From the NCBI GenBank assembly GCA_965372795.1, contig CBDVDR010000012.1, positions 32,001 through 96,000 of the forward strand: DNA of 64,000 nucleotides. The letters are read 5' to 3'. This DNA is from an uncultured bacterium (GTDB taxonomy: Bacteria; Zixibacteria; MSB-5A5; GN15; FEB-12). Below the pieces are notes generated by a model that saw only the letters and a list, made by a program, of their open reading frames with translations, was not told where the DNA came from and searched no databases. Below are positions 60,667 to 64,000 of this stretch, in pieces (position 1 is the stretch's first letter; each line of letters opens with the position of its first letter). Made by a program: the position numbers and the translations under genes.

Positions 60667-60743
60667 AATTTAGCAAATTTCAGTTTAATTTGTAGTATAG
60701 CTTAAGTTGTCTGATTGGACAATCACAAATCAGATGTTAAATT

Positions 60744-60771
60744 GGAACTTCTTGTAATCAATATAGTTTAA
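60744..60771 (+). promoter_or_regulatory. Putative ECF promoter upstream of rplU-bamA-skp
   Basis: GGAAC-N17-GTTTAA. Confidence 0.55.
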
Positions 60772-60901
60772 AATTCAGATTTAAGATGCTTTAACAAGCT
60801 TAAAGAGTATATTTTTGCCTTGACTTATGTGTGTAAATTGTTAGTTTTGTAGGCTTAACTCATTATAAGTTAGTAAATTCTATTTTGGAGGTTGATATAT
60901 A

Positions 60902-61222
60902 ATGTATGCAGTTTTTGAAGTTTCCGGTTTCCAATTCAATGTTGAAGAAGGCGCTGTCTTAAGAGTTCCTCTTCAGGATGCTGAAAAAGGCAGTAAAATT
61001 GATCTTGATCAGATATTGATGATTAAAAATAATGATAATGTTCTGGTTGGCACTCCTCTGGTTGAAGGTGCTAAAATTGAGGCAGAAGTTCTTAGTCACG
61101 GTAAAGATGATAAAGTACTGATATATAAGTACAAACGTCGTACCAAATATCGCAGAACTCAAGGGCATCGCCAGGGTTTCAGCGAAATTAAGATCAATAA
61201 GATAATTGCACCGGCAAATTAA
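60902..61222 (+). CDS. rplU: 50S ribosomal protein L21
   Basis: MYAVF...GFQFNV and KYKRRTKYRRTQGHRQ motifs. Confidence 0.96.
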   Translation: MYAVFEVSGFQFNVEEGAVLRVPLQDAEKGSKIDLDQILMIKNNDNVLVGTPLVEGAKIEAEVLSHGKDDKVLIYKYKRRTKYRRTQGHRQGFSEIKINKIIAPAN

Positions 61223-61230
61223 ACAGTAAA

Positions 61231-63735
61231 GTGATGAGTCTACGTAGAGCATGGATAGCTCTCATATTTATATTCAGCATTAGTCTGTTTGCCGGGTCGC
61301 TATCCGCCCAAGGAAATTATACTATTGTCGGTATTGAAGTAGAAGGCAATAGAAAAGCCAGTCGTTCTTTAATCTTAGGTGTATCCTCATTAGATATCGG
61401 ATCGGCTATCTCCCCTACAGATATCACTGCTACTATCCAGCGTTTATATGGTCTTGGTATTTTTTCAGATGTTATTATCGAAGCCGAAGAAGTCCCCGGC
61501 GGATTAAAAGTTTACATCGTTTTAAAGGAATTGCCTAAACTTATCGGATTAAATTTTGAAGGTAATGACAAAATAAAAGATAAAGATCTGAAGGATAAAC
61601 TTGGACTTGGCGTTGGGGGGTATATTTCTCCGCATTTAATAAGTGAAAAAAAGAATAAGATTAAATCTATCTATGCTGATAAAGGATATTTCCAGGCTGA
61701 GATAACCTCCGAATTAATACATAATACTGATTCAACCGAAGCATCTTTATTATTTAACATTAAAGAACATGACAAGATTAAAGTTAAAGAAGTAATTGTA
61801 ACTGGTAACAGCCGTGTTTCTACATCAAGTCTTATCAAAAAAATGCGCAACCGCAAACGCGGATTTCTGAAAAGCTCTGACTTCGCTCAGGAAAAGTACG
61901 TTGAAGATTTACAGAAGGTCATTGAGACTTATCATAACAAAGGTTTTATCGATGCCTTTATGATTTCAGATTCAATTCGTATTGATAGCCTCGATAATAA
62001 AATGATTGTCTATCTTGAAGTTTTTGAAGGTCCCATGTATTACTTTGGTAATACCGAGTTTGTTGACAATAAAAAACTAAATACTCACTACCTGACCAGA
62101 AAACTGAAGCATAAAGAAGGTCAACCGTTTAAGCAGGAAAATTATGACGAGTCGATCTATGAACTTTATTCAGCCTATCAGGATATTGGCCATCTTCATG
62201 TTCAGATAACAGATGATCGGGTAACCAGATCTGATTCTATTATAGATATTTCTTATAGCTTTTCCGAAAATCTCCCCTCAAAAATAAATGAAGTTCGGAT
62301 TCTTGGTAATACTAAGACAAAAGATTATGTTATCAGACGTGAGATTTCGACCCTTCCGGGGCAAACATTTAACCGCTCCCTTCTTATTCGTTCAGTTCGT
62401 GATGCGATGGCTTTGAACTATTTTACCAATGTTATGCCGATCCCTATAAATCTTCCAAATGGCGATGTTGATGTTGAGTTTCAGGTTGAAGAAAAACAGA
62501 CCGGACAAATTTCTGCCGGTGCCGGATATAATAGTCAGGATAAACTGGTCGGTACTCTGGGAATGGCAATTCCAAATTTCAGAGGCAATGGGCAGAATGT
62601 TTCATTCAATGTTGATTTTGGCAGTCGAAGAAACTCATTTATGCTTTCTTTTACTGAACCATGGTTAATGGGCAGACCTACTTTGTTAGGATCGGATGCT
62701 TACACTACTAACCGTCGATGGTTTGATGATTATATTGAAGGCCGTCAGGGTGGCTCAATAAAACTTGGACGTCGTTTACGCTGGCCCGATAATTATTTCA
62801 GAGTGTTTACTTCTTATCGTTTAGAAAGAAATAGATTTTATGATTTTGATGATGCTTATTTATTAGAGAATTCTCAGAAGCATTATAATCAATATACTTT
62901 TGATAGAGTAATTATTGATGACGAGACAGGTCTTGAGGAAACAATTACCGTTGACACAACTATCATAGTTGCAAGAGATCCTTTCCCCGGATCGATTATT
63001 GAATATAAAGAAGAATGGCTGACCTCTTCCCGGTTTTCTATATCTCTGACCCGAGATTCTCGTAATTTACCTGAATTTGCAACCAGTGGCTCACTGTTTC
63101 AATATACTTTTGAAAATACCGGTGGAATCTTAAGTGGATTTTGGGAATATCAAAAACACTCAATCTCTTTTGCGAAGTTTTTCCCGATTTACAAAAATAT
63201 TGCATTTGCGGCCAAGGCTCAATATACTTTCACAACTTCCCCAAAGGGTGATGATCGCGTGTTGATTTCTGATCGATTTACTCCCGGTGGCACAGCTTAT
63301 GACGGAATTGTTCGCGGTTATGAAGATGGTTCATTAACACCTGACTCAGTAATTTCTTTTGCTGACACTTCTAATTTCTATACTGGTGAGCCTGGTGGAA
63401 GTGTAACTTTAGATAGCACTCTTGAACGAAGCTCAAGCTCATTTACAACTCGAGTTCGCGGTAAATATATGTTAATTACAAACCTCGAACTTCAAGTTCC
63501 AATTGTACAAAATCAAATATATGGTTTAGCTTTTTTTGATGCTGGAGATACCTGGTTGATGAAAGAAGATATCAAACCATTTTATATGCATCGTTCTTTA
63601 GGTTTTGGGTTCCGAGTAGTCGTTCCGGGAATTGGAACGATTGGTTTTGACTTTGCCAAACGACTCGACAGTTCAACATCGGGCGAAAAAGGCGGTTGGA
63701 AACCACATTTCCAAATGGGTACCACATTTAGGTAA
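61231..63735 (+). CDS. bamA: Outer-membrane protein assembly factor BamA
   Basis: POTRA repeats, GNTKTKDYVIRRE, VRGY lid motif, C-terminal beta strands. Confidence 0.93.
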   Translation: MMSLRRAWIALIFIFSISLFAGSLSAQGNYTIVGIEVEGNRKASRSLILGVSSLDIGSAISPTDITATIQRLYGLGIFSDVIIEAEEVPGGLKVYIVLKELPKLIGLNFEGNDKIKDKDLKDKLGLGVGGYISPHLISEKKNKIKSIYADKGYFQAEITSELIHNTDSTEASLLFNIKEHDKIKVKEVIVTGNSRVSTSSLIKKMRNRKRGFLKSSDFAQEKYVEDLQKVIETYHNKGFIDAFMISDSIRIDSLDNKMIVYLEVFEGPMYYFGNTEFVDNKKLNTHYLTRKLKHKEGQPFKQENYDESIYELYSAYQDIGHLHVQITDDRVTRSDSIIDISYSFSENLPSKINEVRILGNTKTKDYVIRREISTLPGQTFNRSLLIRSVRDAMALNYFTNVMPIPINLPNGDVDVEFQVEEKQTGQISAGAGYNSQDKLVGTLGMAIPNFRGNGQNVSFNVDFGSRRNSFMLSFTEPWLMGRPTLLGSDAYTTNRRWFDDYIEGRQGGSIKLGRRLRWPDNYFRVFTSYRLERNRFYDFDDAYLLENSQKHYNQYTFDRVIIDDETGLEETITVDTTIIVARDPFPGSIIEYKEEWLTSSRFSISLTRDSRNLPEFATSGSLFQYTFENTGGILSGFWEYQKHSISFAKFFPIYKNIAFAAKAQYTFTTSPKGDDRVLISDRFTPGGTAYDGIVRGYEDGSLTPDSVISFADTSNFYTGEPGGSVTLDSTLERSSSSFTTRVRGKYMLITNLELQVPIVQNQIYGLAFFDAGDTWLMKEDIKPFYMHRSLGFGFRVVVPGIGTIGFDFAKRLDSSTSGEKGGWKPHFQMGTTFR

Positions 63736-63767
63736 AAATAATTTTCATATGATAGGGAGTTTTATTA

Positions 63768-64000
63768 ATGCGTCTTTTTAAAAACTATTTAATTGCCACT
63801 CTAATTTTAACCGTCGTCTGTTTTTCTGCAATAGGATCAGTTTCAGCACAAGGTTTGAAAATGGGTTTCGTAAATGACGAACGGATTAAAGTAGAGTATA
63901 AAGCCTGGCAAAAGGCTCAGGATGATTGGGAATTAGAAGCCAAAGCCTGGGAAGATGAAGCTGTTCAGATGCAGCAGGATCTACAGGATTTAGTTGATGA
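63768..64000 (+). CDS. skp: OmpH/Skp periplasmic chaperone (partial)
   Basis: Hand translation MRLFKNYLIATLIL...AQGLKMGFVNDERI...; follows bamA; GGGAG RBS. Confidence 0.8.
   Translation, partial: MRLFKNYLIATLILTVVCFSAIGSVSAQGLKMGFVNDERIKVEYKAWQKAQDDWELEAKAWEDEAVQMQQDLQDLVD

Overview
AT-rich bacterial chromosomal window, mostly housekeeping and envelope genes: xerC-like (partial), topA, rpoZ, gmk, yicC, mnmA, iscS, tamA/tamB-like, ECF sigma/anti-sigma, pabB/pabC-like, dsbD, trxA, dtd, maf, smc, ftsY, rlmH, acs, uvrB, rplU, bamA and skp (partial). The FlgD-Ig/T9SS-like C-termini and dockerin-like motif suggest an FCB-group organism, possibly Zixibacteria (inference). No rRNA, tRNA, CRISPR array or transposase was seen. 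Main observations: (1) an unannotated 53-codon membrane mini-ORF downstream of trxA with an in-frame TGA followed by a SECIS-like hairpin, a candidate selenoprotein; (2) a small GIY-YIG nuclease gene bracketed by four GTCA-tagged REP-like palindromes, with no RAYT transposase in the window; (3) an AT-rich two-gene islet (HsdR-N-type nuclease and K+ channel) bounded by 47-bp inverted repeats and mosaic REP clusters; (4) an ECF sigma operon carrying an HtrA homologue that has lost its whole catalytic triad, plus a G(G/T)AAC-N17-GT(T/A) promoter motif upstream of that operon, dsbD, trxA and rplU-bamA-skp; (5) degenerate two-component proteins and several probable leaderless genes.
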